DNA from: a virus
Taxonomy: Duplodnaviria > Caudoviricetes
Direction: 5' to 3' (one strand)
Virus record (IMG/VR): IMGVR_UViG_3300025098_005131
DNA length: 64,000 nucleotides
This document shows, one piece after another, positions 46,696-55,543 of the stretch. The position numbers were made by a program, and so were the translations under genes. Positions within the stretch are counted from its first letter, which is position 1, and each line of letters starts with the position of its first letter. The notes under the pieces were generated by a model. The model had not been told where the DNA came from. It searched no databases and saw only the letters and a list, made by a program, of their open reading frames with translations.

Positions 46696-46752
46696 TTAAT
46701 TCCTCTTTATAGTATTAGTGTATATAAATAATTTTTTATTTACACCAAAGAG

Positions 46753-47673
46753 TTATTTATTATTTAAAAAGTCTTTTTTGTATTTTGCTAAAGCTTTTTC
46801 TTTGCATTTAGCTTCTAACATAATGTCAACTGACTTGCCACAGCTATCAAAGGGTTTGTAGTAAAAGTTTGAATGTGCTGCAGATGATCTTGTTGTTGGA
46901 TCTTCAAACTCTTTTTTACCGTTAGAATGATGACAAGTTGGTCGAATTGTAGAAGGCCATGAATCAAAAGCCATGTCAAAGCTCTCATCATAAGGTGCAT
47001 CCTGAGGTCCGAGACTAAAGTGATGAGAGTCGAAGACAATTGGAACGCCTGTAACCTTATAAACATTTTCGTATAGAAACTTTGAACTAAACATTGCAGC
47101 CTTGTCATCGTTTTCTACAGTAAGTCTTGACTGAACTGATGGCGATAGTCTTTGAAAGTTTTTATTAAAGTTGTCTGCGGCTAGTTGTAGATTGCCTCCG
47201 CATGATGAACCAAGATGAATATTGATTTTTGACCAGTGATTTTGATCTAGACCCATAAGATCGAAAAGCTTACCATGTATTTCTAGATCTTTAATACAAT
47301 TTTCTACAACATAATCTTTTTCTGATGCTAAACAATTAAATTGACCTGGGTGAAATGAAACTCTTTGACCAATAACTTTGGTATAATCGCCTGCCATTTT
47401 AAGATAGTGGCATATTTCTTCGTAGTCTGGAAGCTCATGCAACTCATATTCGCTAGCCCAAGGGGTAATTTCTGATGAGAGACGAAAGACTTCTACTTTA
47501 TTTTTGTAATTCCAGTTAAAGATTGGTAACATATCTTTGACATTTTGCAAAACAAGTGACGAAGCATACGTCAACCCTTTTTCAAGGAAAGTCTTTTTTC
47601 TCATTGTCCTAGAATTGAATATACCTTTTTCTCGTAGTTCCATATTGATGCACGCATATCCAAATCGATTCAT
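46753..47673 (-). CDS. uvsE: UV-damage endonuclease
   Basis: FGYACIN, RLSS, SFHPGQF, INIH, ENDD, DSHH, EAK.KE.A. Confidence 0.92.
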   Translation of the reverse strand: MNRFGYACINMELREKGIFNSRTMRKKTFLEKGLTYASSLVLQNVKDMLPIFNWNYKNKVEVFRLSSEITPWASEYELHELPDYEEICHYLKMAGDYTKVIGQRVSFHPGQFNCLASEKDYVVENCIKDLEIHGKLFDLMGLDQNHWSKINIHLGSSCGGNLQLAADNFNKNFQRLSPSVQSRLTVENDDKAAMFSSKFLYENVYKVTGVPIVFDSHHFSLGPQDAPYDESFDMAFDSWPSTIRPTCHHSNGKKEFEDPTTRSSAAHSNFYYKPFDSCGKSVDIMLEAKCKEKALAKYKKDFLNNK

Positions 47674-47764
47674 AATATTACACCTTTTTATTATATTTTA
47701 TATAATAATAATCATATTTATTACACAAATACACGACAAATTTATATTAAAGGTTTGTAAAAAC

Positions 47765-50527
47765 ATGAAAAATAGTATAAGATGGCTATTAACAGAATCA
47801 AAAATATCTAGTCTGGATCCGCAAAAAGTTAATTATGTAAATGGAAAATTAATATGCTATCACTTGACTTCACATCAAAAATGGGCGAATTATAATCCAA
47901 GTATAAAAGACAAGATGGAAAATCCATTAATTAAACACCCAAAACAAGAAGTAAATCCAGATGATGCTAGAGCTGTAAGAATATTAAAAAGTCTAAAAAA
48001 CAGTAATAGAGTTTCTGCAAGAGATTCTTACGATATAGAAGAAGAAACCATTATGGACATGTTAGATGATCCATATACAGATACTAGTGGTTTTAATCCA
48101 GGTGGTGGTGATCATCACGGGAAAGGTCTTTATACATGTTATAAGTTTAACCCAGGTATTGCTAGAACTTATGGAGATATATGTCTTGCTTTTGAAATAG
48201 ATATAAGTAATTTTGTAATAACGTTTGAAGATTTAGCTAAGCAAGTTCACGGTAATGACTGGAGAATTAAAGACCAGCTATTAAAACTTTACAAAAGAAA
48301 CCCAAGAGATGAAGAAAGCTTAGAAAAGTTTTTAAAAATTCTTAATAGAGTTGGATTTGACAAATTTGAGTTAAATCAAACAATAGACGAAATGAGACCG
48401 CATTCATCTGGAATTAGTTATGCCTTAATGAAAGCTTTTGGTAAAGAGCTTATAACTGCAGTATATGATGGTATTATTTTTCTTGGAAGAGGAGACGGTC
48501 CTGTTTGCGTTTCTTTTTACCCAAAATACGATGCTAGATTAATAGGATTAGGAAGACTTAGCAAAAGATCAGCGAAGGCAGATGTTGACTGGTATGACAG
48601 TCTAAATGATTTTGTAGGCGGACGTGCAAGAAACAAATTAGATTTCCAGACAATGAACGCTGTCGCAGATGAAAATACTAGTCTCGAAGAAAAAGAACTG
48701 ATGAAAGAAGATGAAAGAATATTTTATGATGCCAAGCACAACTATGTTCTATCTTCTCTTGACAACATTCGATATGCCGAAGAAACAATTCAAAAGCTAG
48801 TAGAGTTTTATGAAGAAGTTAAAAGCAGCAATGACGAAGGTGAACTTGGTGTATTTTATAGGGAAATTGGAACAGGTAAATTTACACAAAGCTTCAAAGA
48901 ATTTGATAGTTTGAGTCAAAAAGTTCTCCAGGAATATGGAAAAATCCTAGAAGATTCCTATCAGTTTTATAAGAGTAAAAACAATATTGATGAAGTTTCT
49001 GAAATGTTAAGAAACACAGGTTACGTTTTAAACTTAATGTCAAGTATTAATTTCTCTAGTGACTTTTTAGTTAATGGTGTCTATAGTGCTTTTAAGCTAT
49101 TCTTTGAAGAAATAGATAAGTTTGAGTATTATGAGAGAGCAGCTGCTAGCTTCTTAGAATCAGCAAATTCATACATTAAAAATACAAATGTGTCTAAAGA
49201 ATTTGTTCAATTAACTCAAGAACTAAATAATACATACGGCACTGATCTTAAATTAAAAACAGCCAGCTGGATTGAATTGATTGATTTATACGAAAACAGC
49301 AATCAAGAAACTAAAGATAAAATAACAAATCTAACAGACCGCATTTCACAGCATCCATTGAAAAAAATGTCAATGCCAGATCCAGACAACCCAGGTGAAT
49401 TCAAGCCAGTAGATTATTATAAGTCAAAAGAAGTAATAGATAAATTTTGTAATATTGTTGATGTAATGATTAAGAAACACAATGCAAATGTTTTAGATGA
49501 TCTTAGTTTAGCTTTTAAAAATGTCGAGCATCCTCTATCTAATACTGTTATAGAAAAGTGTGTAGACGAGTTGTTAGCGCTTCCAGAAAGTGAAAATAAA
49601 AATAGATTAACTGGTTATCTTGCCGATTATTTTGATAAATTTAGCTCAAGCAATTCTTCAGTAACTGATAAATTTGACGCTGTCTTAGATCTTGTAATGC
49701 AGTCAGCTGAAAAAGAATTTAATAAACTAATATCTAACCTTGAAAAGAAAACAAAGACACAAGCTGGCTTGTTAAGTTATCACAGTATTTATCATGATGC
49801 ATCAAGAAAACGTTATTTTGAAAGCCAGCCAAAAGAATGGCATGAAAGATTTGTTAATCTTATTATAGAAAACGTCAAGTCTAATCATAAGTTTACAAAA
49901 CTAAAAGAAGCAACGTGCAAGGTAATAAATTATTCAGTTAATCTTAAAGACATAAGAATAAGTGATCAAGATATGAGTCTAATATTAATTGCAGCAGGTA
50001 ATAAGGCATTTTGGTTTATAGACTATAAATACATGAGTCAAAGTGTTTATTGTAGCTTTTTAACATCTGCTTTACAGAATAAAGCAAATAATATTTTAAA
50101 TGCATGTCAACTGTCTGAAAATTTTTTCAAGAATCTCTATGAAAACAAACAGCTTCTTGACGCATTTATTCAATATAGTGACAATGGATTTTTTAAAAGA
50201 ACACTTAATCGATTAATTAGTCCACTTAAAGGACAAGCTTGTCCTTTAAGCGTTAACGCGTATAATCTATACAACAACAACATCAACACTCGAGTAGATA
50301 TGTCACAAGTAATTAATCCTAGTGATATTGAATGGTTTAATTACTTGTTAGAAGTAATAAGAGCAAAGACAGACTCAGGAAAGACAAAAAGAACAGAAAA
50401 GTTATTTAAAGAGTTCGATACTTTAATGTCACAGAAAAACGTAAGTCAAGAAATAGAAGCGCCTGAGTTAGATTTAAGTCATAGAAAAATATTTGGCAAT
50501 TCGCTTAAAGAAGTCTACAACTTTTAA
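47765..50527 (+). CDS. large PARP-like ADP-ribosyltransferase domain protein, paralog of 18797-20983
   Basis: CYHLT, GGGDHHGKGLYTC..ARTYG, GIIFLGRGDGPVCV. Start re-assigned to 47765 (MKNSIRWLLTE). Confidence 0.6.
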   Translation: MKNSIRWLLTESKISSLDPQKVNYVNGKLICYHLTSHQKWANYNPSIKDKMENPLIKHPKQEVNPDDARAVRILKSLKNSNRVSARDSYDIEEETIMDMLDDPYTDTSGFNPGGGDHHGKGLYTCYKFNPGIARTYGDICLAFEIDISNFVITFEDLAKQVHGNDWRIKDQLLKLYKRNPRDEESLEKFLKILNRVGFDKFELNQTIDEMRPHSSGISYALMKAFGKELITAVYDGIIFLGRGDGPVCVSFYPKYDARLIGLGRLSKRSAKADVDWYDSLNDFVGGRARNKLDFQTMNAVADENTSLEEKELMKEDERIFYDAKHNYVLSSLDNIRYAEETIQKLVEFYEEVKSSNDEGELGVFYREIGTGKFTQSFKEFDSLSQKVLQEYGKILEDSYQFYKSKNNIDEVSEMLRNTGYVLNLMSSINFSSDFLVNGVYSAFKLFFEEIDKFEYYERAAASFLESANSYIKNTNVSKEFVQLTQELNNTYGTDLKLKTASWIELIDLYENSNQETKDKITNLTDRISQHPLKKMSMPDPDNPGEFKPVDYYKSKEVIDKFCNIVDVMIKKHNANVLDDLSLAFKNVEHPLSNTVIEKCVDELLALPESENKNRLTGYLADYFDKFSSSNSSVTDKFDAVLDLVMQSAEKEFNKLISNLEKKTKTQAGLLSYHSIYHDASRKRYFESQPKEWHERFVNLIIENVKSNHKFTKLKEATCKVINYSVNLKDIRISDQDMSLILIAAGNKAFWFIDYKYMSQSVYCSFLTSALQNKANNILNACQLSENFFKNLYENKQLLDAFIQYSDNGFFKRTLNRLISPLKGQACPLSVNAYNLYNNNINTRVDMSQVINPSDIEWFNYLLEVIRAKTDSGKTKRTEKLFKEFDTLMSQKNVSQEIEAPELDLSHRKIFGNSLKEVYNF

Positions 50528-50536
50528 GGAAAGACT

Positions 50537-50821
50537 ATGTTACCGTTTAGAGAAAAGATAATTGAAGAAAACGAAACATATATACTTGTTCAGCGTGATT
50601 TCATGTCGACACTCATTGAAGAAGACCTAAACTGGCACATGGACGAAGAAGATCGTGATGTATTTGTTGTTGAAGGCGACGGTTGGTATTTACAAATAGA
50701 AAATGAGATACCCCAGTTGATGCAGAAAGAATCTATTTTCAAAATACCAAAAGAAACATGGCATCGAATAATTAATAAAAACGGCACAAATCTAATAATT
50801 AATGTGAGAAAATACAAATGA
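50537..50821 (+). CDS. cupin-fold small protein
   Basis: WHMD.EDR...EG.GW.LQ.....IPK..WHR. Confidence 0.7.
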   Translation: MLPFREKIIEENETYILVQRDFMSTLIEEDLNWHMDEEDRDVFVVEGDGWYLQIENEIPQLMQKESIFKIPKETWHRIINKNGTNLIINVRKYK

Positions 50822-51039
50822 ATAGTTTACTTAAAGATCTTATACTTGAAATAATACTTTCAGAAGGCAATAAGCCGCCTAAGTGGCTTAGAAAAGCAAA
50901 AAAAGCAATGTATAAAGGAAAAGTTGTTAAAGTAGTAGAAGCAGATGGACCCGGGCCTATGTCTATTATAAAGCTTAGAAGTGGTAAAGGAAAGACAAAG
51001 CAAGTTATGACTAAACATTTAAGTAAGGTTAAGAAATGA
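50818..51039 (+). CDS. small basic protein with L/I-x-E leader
   Basis: LILEIILSE followed by a basic SH3-like part. Confidence 0.6.
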   Translation: MNSLLKDLILEIILSEGNKPPKWLRKAKKAMYKGKVVKVVEADGPGPMSIIKLRSGKGKTKQVMTKHLSKVKK

Positions 51040-52796
51040 TTTTATTAGAAAAATACATAAAGACTTTTTTAAAAGAAGCAGCATCGACAGCTATTATTAA
51101 AAGAGCAAGTGACATTACAGGTCAAGGACAACACCAAAGTGCTGCTTCTTACAGTAATAATATGACAGAAATAGGCAATCAAGAAGTTTTATTAAAACTT
51201 CTTGAAAATGTTGGTAGCAATTGTTTTATTTCTTTTGTTGATAAGTATGATGAAAAAATTCCTAGACTCGAAGTAAGCCCTGAAGTATCATATGATACGC
51301 CTCACGGAAATTACGCTTATCCACTTACTGTTAAGTCTTTAAAGGATATCGTTGAAAAAAGCAGCATTGGAGGGGCAAATTTTGCGATTGAAAGACCCTA
51401 CTTTCATATGTTTAAAAAATCTAATAGTGCCCAATCTGTAGAAATACAACCTGATGGTAGCAACAACTATAGCGGTAGTTATAAAAAAGACTTAAGAACA
51501 ATCGTGCATACTGCAGTTATGTTTAATTCAGCCAAAAAATTAGAAAGTAATCCAATAAAATATGCAGCGCCATCTGACTCTGGTGAAGAAGAAAACAGAT
51601 TAATAAATTTTGGGCGGACAAAACGTCGTATAAAAAGAAAAATAAATGCTAATTCAACACCAAGTCAAGCAAGAGACAGCATATTCAGCAAGACAATGTT
51701 TGCTTTAATTGAAGACTTATGCTATCTTGTCAATCTTAACGACAAAAAATATCCAAGAGAAAGCGTAGAATTAATTGTTGACTACTTAACTAAAGCAATA
51801 GAATTTAAAATTAATTCACGTCAAAATAAATTTTTTAATCGTAAAAATGGAGAAAGTGAATTATTGTCTAAGTTTCATGGACTATATTATGCGTGTTTTA
51901 TGCTTGCAAAAGTAATGTCAGATGATATAGATATATTTGAAGATGATGATGCTAATGCTTTTGATGTAGATAAAATAAACAACCCTAAAGAAAATAGAGT
52001 GCGTCAAGGGTCTATTTTTACAATGCTGTTAAACTCTATTGATATAGACTTTATAAATGACAGAGGATCTAAAACTTTACATCCTAGTGAACCTATACAA
52101 GCTGTTTACTTGAATTCATCTAAAAAAGAAAATGTTGTTTTAGTTGGAACGTTTAAAAATATTTTTCAGATTAAATACTCTCGGGATTACAAAAAAAATA
52201 AAGAACCACATGACCCGGTTACGATGAATAAAATTGTTGATATTCTTGTAAAAAATCCTCAACTTAATGATCTTTTTGGAACAGAACTTTTTGACGATGC
52301 AAAGCTAGATAATCAAGTAGAATTTGATAGAAAACTTGCATGGGCAGATTTAACTAAAAAGAAATTGCTCATTGCAAAATTTATACAGTTCCACTCAACA
52401 AACGATATTTTTAATTTAAACATGTATGTTGGAGATAATGAATTAATAATATTTGATATTGGATTAAAAGGAAACTTTGTTAATTTACCAATAAATGAAA
52501 AGATTATTTCAATAAAAAACAATTTAAAAAAGATGGCAAAAATTGAACATCGTCTTGACTATATTGGAGTGTTTTTAAATAAACAAATGTGGAAAAACAA
52601 AAATCTTTATACTACTCACCCCTACTCAGCCCAGTCAATGTATGAGATTTGCGATAAAGTTTATACAGAAATGGAAAATTACTTGGCAAGCTTAGATGAT
52701 TTAGGTAAAAAAGAAAATCAAGAAAAATACATAACAATTAAAATGTTTGTTGAGTTTTTGGAGCAAATTATTATTTTTCTTCAAAATTTAAAATAA
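51036..52796 (+). CDS. hypothetical protein with L/I-x-E leader
   Basis: LLEKYIKTFLKE, YDTPHGNYAYP, LHPSEPIQAV. Confidence 0.7.
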   Translation: MILLEKYIKTFLKEAASTAIIKRASDITGQGQHQSAASYSNNMTEIGNQEVLLKLLENVGSNCFISFVDKYDEKIPRLEVSPEVSYDTPHGNYAYPLTVKSLKDIVEKSSIGGANFAIERPYFHMFKKSNSAQSVEIQPDGSNNYSGSYKKDLRTIVHTAVMFNSAKKLESNPIKYAAPSDSGEEENRLINFGRTKRRIKRKINANSTPSQARDSIFSKTMFALIEDLCYLVNLNDKKYPRESVELIVDYLTKAIEFKINSRQNKFFNRKNGESELLSKFHGLYYACFMLAKVMSDDIDIFEDDDANAFDVDKINNPKENRVRQGSIFTMLLNSIDIDFINDRGSKTLHPSEPIQAVYLNSSKKENVVLVGTFKNIFQIKYSRDYKKNKEPHDPVTMNKIVDILVKNPQLNDLFGTELFDDAKLDNQVEFDRKLAWADLTKKKLLIAKFIQFHSTNDIFNLNMYVGDNELIIFDIGLKGNFVNLPINEKIISIKNNLKKMAKIEHRLDYIGVFLNKQMWKNKNLYTTHPYSAQSMYEICDKVYTEMENYLASLDDLGKKENQEKYITIKMFVEFLEQIIIFLQNLK

Positions 52797-52846
52797 ACTA
52801 TTCTGGAATATTTTATAAGGGCGAAAATTGATTAGGTTGCATTGAA

Positions 52847-53248
52847 ATGAGTAACGATTTTATTTTAGAAGAGTATATTAAAGAAGCTTTATTAATCGAA
52901 AGCAAGAAGAAAAAGAAAGATCCTAAAGTAGGCACAGGTAAAAAACCCAAAGGAAGTGGAAGACGTTTATATACAGACGAAAATCCTAAAGATACTGTAA
53001 GAGTAAAATTTAGAACAGCTACAGATATTCGTGATACTCTTTCAAAAAAATCTTTTAAGTCTAAATCTCATGCTAGACAATCACAAATTATAAATTTAAT
53101 CCATCAGCGAGTTAGAGCTGCTTATAGAAATGCAAAAGACCCAAAAGTAAAAGCACGACTCAAAAAAGCATATGAATATGCAAAGAAGCGAAAAGAATCT
53201 TCAAAACAAAAAACGAAAAGAATAAATAAAAGCAAAAACAAGAAATAA
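52847..53248 (+). CDS. basic protein with leader
   Basis: LEEYIKEALLIE then KKKK. LYTDENPKDT motif. Confidence 0.7.
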   Translation: MSNDFILEEYIKEALLIESKKKKKDPKVGTGKKPKGSGRRLYTDENPKDTVRVKFRTATDIRDTLSKKSFKSKSHARQSQIINLIHQRVRAAYRNAKDPKVKARLKKAYEYAKKRKESSKQKTKRINKSKNKK

Positions 53249-53284
53249 TTATTTTATATAAAAGAAGACTTTTGAGTAGCAACA

Positions 53285-53581
53285 ATGCAAGATTTATTAA
53301 TGTTAGAAGAATTTATTAGAGAAACCTTGTTAGATGAGGCAAGAAAAAAACAAAAGAGGAAAAAGAGTAAATCAAAAAAGAAATCTCCAGAGAAAAAATA
53401 TCCATCTCAATATAAAGCTAAAGGTAAAAGAAAAAAGAAGTTAGATCGTGCAACAGATTTAGCAAAAAGTAGCAAAGCATCTGACAGACAAAAAGCTTAT
53501 AAAATGAGAGATAATATGGAAAAGTCTGAGAGAAAGAAAAAAGGTTACAAAAACGTTCCAAGGCATGATAGTAAGAAATAG
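53285..53581 (+). CDS. very basic protein with leader
   Basis: LEEFIRETLLDE then a K/R-rich body. Confidence 0.7.
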   Translation: MQDLLMLEEFIRETLLDEARKKQKRKKSKSKKKSPEKKYPSQYKAKGKRKKKLDRATDLAKSSKASDRQKAYKMRDNMEKSERKKKGYKNVPRHDSKK

Positions 53582-53591
53582 GAAAATATAG

Positions 53592-53963
53592 ATGAACGAC
53601 TTGATATTATTAGAAGAATTTATTAGAGAATCATTATTAGATGAAGCCAAAAAAGGTAGAAAAAAGAAAAAGAAAAAAAGTTCTGCCAAAAAAAAGACTA
53701 CTAAGAAAACAAAAAAGAAGTCTTCGTCAGGAGGCTTGTCTGCAGCTACAAAAGAAACTTTAAATAAAAAGGCAGACAAAAGAGGTTTAACAAGAGGTTC
53801 TGTTTACGCTGAGTATAGAAAAGGTTTAGCAGCTTGGGCAACTAGCGGTAGTAGAAAAGGCATGTCGCAACATCAATGGGCTCATGCAAGAGTTAACTCA
53901 GCAACACCTTCAAAGCCTTGGGCTGTTGTTAAAAAGAAAGCTGCCGGCAAAAAGAAAAAATGA
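53592..53963 (+). CDS. very basic protein with leader
   Basis: LEEFIRESLLDE, GLAAW...QWAHARVNS. Confidence 0.7.
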   Translation: MNDLILLEEFIRESLLDEAKKGRKKKKKKSSAKKKTTKKTKKKSSSGGLSAATKETLNKKADKRGLTRGSVYAEYRKGLAAWATSGSRKGMSQHQWAHARVNSATPSKPWAVVKKKAAGKKKK

Positions 53964-54616
53964 ACAATCTACTAATAGAACATAAAAAAATATTATCTGA
54001 AGGCTTGCAGTTTCATTTAATAGAAAGTATAGGAATAGAAAATAATATCTACCGCCCAGGATCCTCTAAATACTTCAGTTTGTTTAGAGAAGTAAGAGAC
54101 TTAAGTGAAATAGGTTTATATGAATTAAGTCCAGCAGAAGCTTATTATATTAACGAAACAAGTATTGGTGAATGGGACTTTTACAATGGTGATCTTGTCC
54201 CCTTAGACTATCCTATTTTGGAAGGTGACGAATCTTTAAAAGCAAGTATTCCTCTAGAAATATTAGAAGAAAAGCGAAAGCGAAAAAAGAAGAAGAAGTC
54301 ACGCAAAGGAAAGAGCACGAAAAAAAGTGGCAACATGTATAAAGGTAAAAAAGTTGAGCTTAATAAACCTAGAAGAGGTGGTTCTAAAAAGTTTTATGTA
54401 TATGTTAAAAACCTAAAAACAGGAAATATTAAAAAGGTTCAGTGGGGTGCAAAAGGAATGTCTGTAGGTATTAGTGATCCTAAAAGAAGGAAATCATTTG
54501 CAGCTCGTCACCGATGTCATTTAACTAAAGACAAAACAACAGCAAGTTATTGGGCCTGTAGAACTGGCAGGTATCCTCATTTGACAGGAGGAAAAAAGAA
54601 ATATACATGGTGGTGA
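53960..54616 (+). CDS. basic phage protein with leader and internal ILEE site
   Basis: YFSLFREVR, YKGKKVELNKP..KKFYVYV, FAARH.C..YWAC. Confidence 0.7.
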   Translation: MNNLLIEHKKILSEGLQFHLIESIGIENNIYRPGSSKYFSLFREVRDLSEIGLYELSPAEAYYINETSIGEWDFYNGDLVPLDYPILEGDESLKASIPLEILEEKRKRKKKKKSRKGKSTKKSGNMYKGKKVELNKPRRGGSKKFYVYVKNLKTGNIKKVQWGAKGMSVGISDPKRRKSFAARHRCHLTKDKTTASYWACRTGRYPHLTGGKKKYTWW

Positions 54617-54617
54617 T

Positions 54618-55109
54618 TTATTTTTTAGAAAACTTTTTATAACCTTTAACAGTTCTGTTATTAAATCTTTTTGAAAGATAATTTCTAAGTTCATCTGTCA
54701 TATTAAAATTCGCTAGTTTTTGATCGTCAGGTACATTATTGATTTTTTTTACTAACTCTTTTATGAAATCATTTTCTAAATCATTGTCTACAATTGCTGA
54801 CGTATCATCATCGACATCAAAATTAGCCATAAAGTTACTTGGCCGATTTTCATCTTTAAGGCTTGCTAAAGATTTAATAAGTTCTGCTACATCTAATGCG
54901 CCACCAACAGGAGTAAAACCTAGTGCTGCCTTTATTACTTCTCCCCCTTTTTTAGCCTTACCTTTCAGGACTGTTTTATTTAAAAGGCTTTTTAACTCAC
55001 CGTATGTAGTGTCTTTATTTATATTATTGAAAGGATTTTCTAGCAATACTTTTTTGTTTAAAGAAGTTATTTTCTCTTTAATATAGTTTTCAAGAATTTT
55101 ATTGTTCAT
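54618..55109 (-). CDS. hypothetical protein with leader
   Basis: ILENYIKE...VLLE. Confidence 0.65.
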   Translation of the reverse strand: MNNKILENYIKEKITSLNKKVLLENPFNNINKDTTYGELKSLLNKTVLKGKAKKGGEVIKAALGFTPVGGALDVAELIKSLASLKDENRPSNFMANFDVDDDTSAIVDNDLENDFIKELVKKINNVPDDQKLANFNMTDELRNYLSKRFNNRTVKGYKKFSKK

Positions 55110-55177
55110 ATTTCATCCTATAATGATTTTTTCTCATATATTTACTATATATTTGATTTGCTATAAAAAGGTAAGAT

Positions 55178-55543
55178 ATGAAACCGTATTATTATATTGC
55201 TGATGTTGTAAAAGTTTATGATGGCGATACGTGCACATGTGTTGTTGACTTAGGCTTTAAAACGTCTACGCGCATTAAAGTAAGACTTGTAGGTATTGAT
55301 ACACCAGAAGTTAGAACAAAAGACTTAGACGAGAAAGAAAAAGGTTTAGCAACACGTGATTGGTTGCGTGAGAGAATTCTTGGTAAGAAGGTGCTATTAC
55401 ATACAGCCAAGCGAGGAAAGTTCGGTAGATGGCTTGGAACCATTTGGGAGTTAGAACAAGATAAACCTGAGTTTGAAAATAGTTATAATAAACAATTAAT
55501 AAACGAAGGCTTAGCTAAAGAATACTGGGGTGGCAAAAGATGA
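55178..55543 (+). CDS. thermonuclease (SNase) family nuclease
   Basis: KVYDGDT, VRLVGIDTPE, GKFGRWLG. Confidence 0.9.
   Translation: MKPYYYIADVVKVYDGDTCTCVVDLGFKTSTRIKVRLVGIDTPEVRTKDLDEKEKGLATRDWLRERILGKKVLLHTAKRGKFGRWLGTIWELEQDKPEFENSYNKQLINEGLAKEYWGGKR

Larger units (their letters stand above)
37842..47726 (-). promoter_or_regulatory. 8 minus-strand copies of the GTGTAA promoter
   Basis: TTACAC/ATACAC/TTGCAC on + at 37866, 39046, 40217, 40614, 41128, 41890, 46740, 47721, with TATAAT/TACAAT/TACACT/TATAAA 17-19 nt downstream on the - strand, upstream of - strand ORFs. Confidence 0.7.

Noticed and set aside
47537-47764. N-terminal extensions of track ORFs 47537-50527, 32378-33247 and 33003-33929
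   Set aside because: They overlap other genes or promoters. Downstream ATGs (47765, 33001, 33842) give proper leaders or signal peptides.
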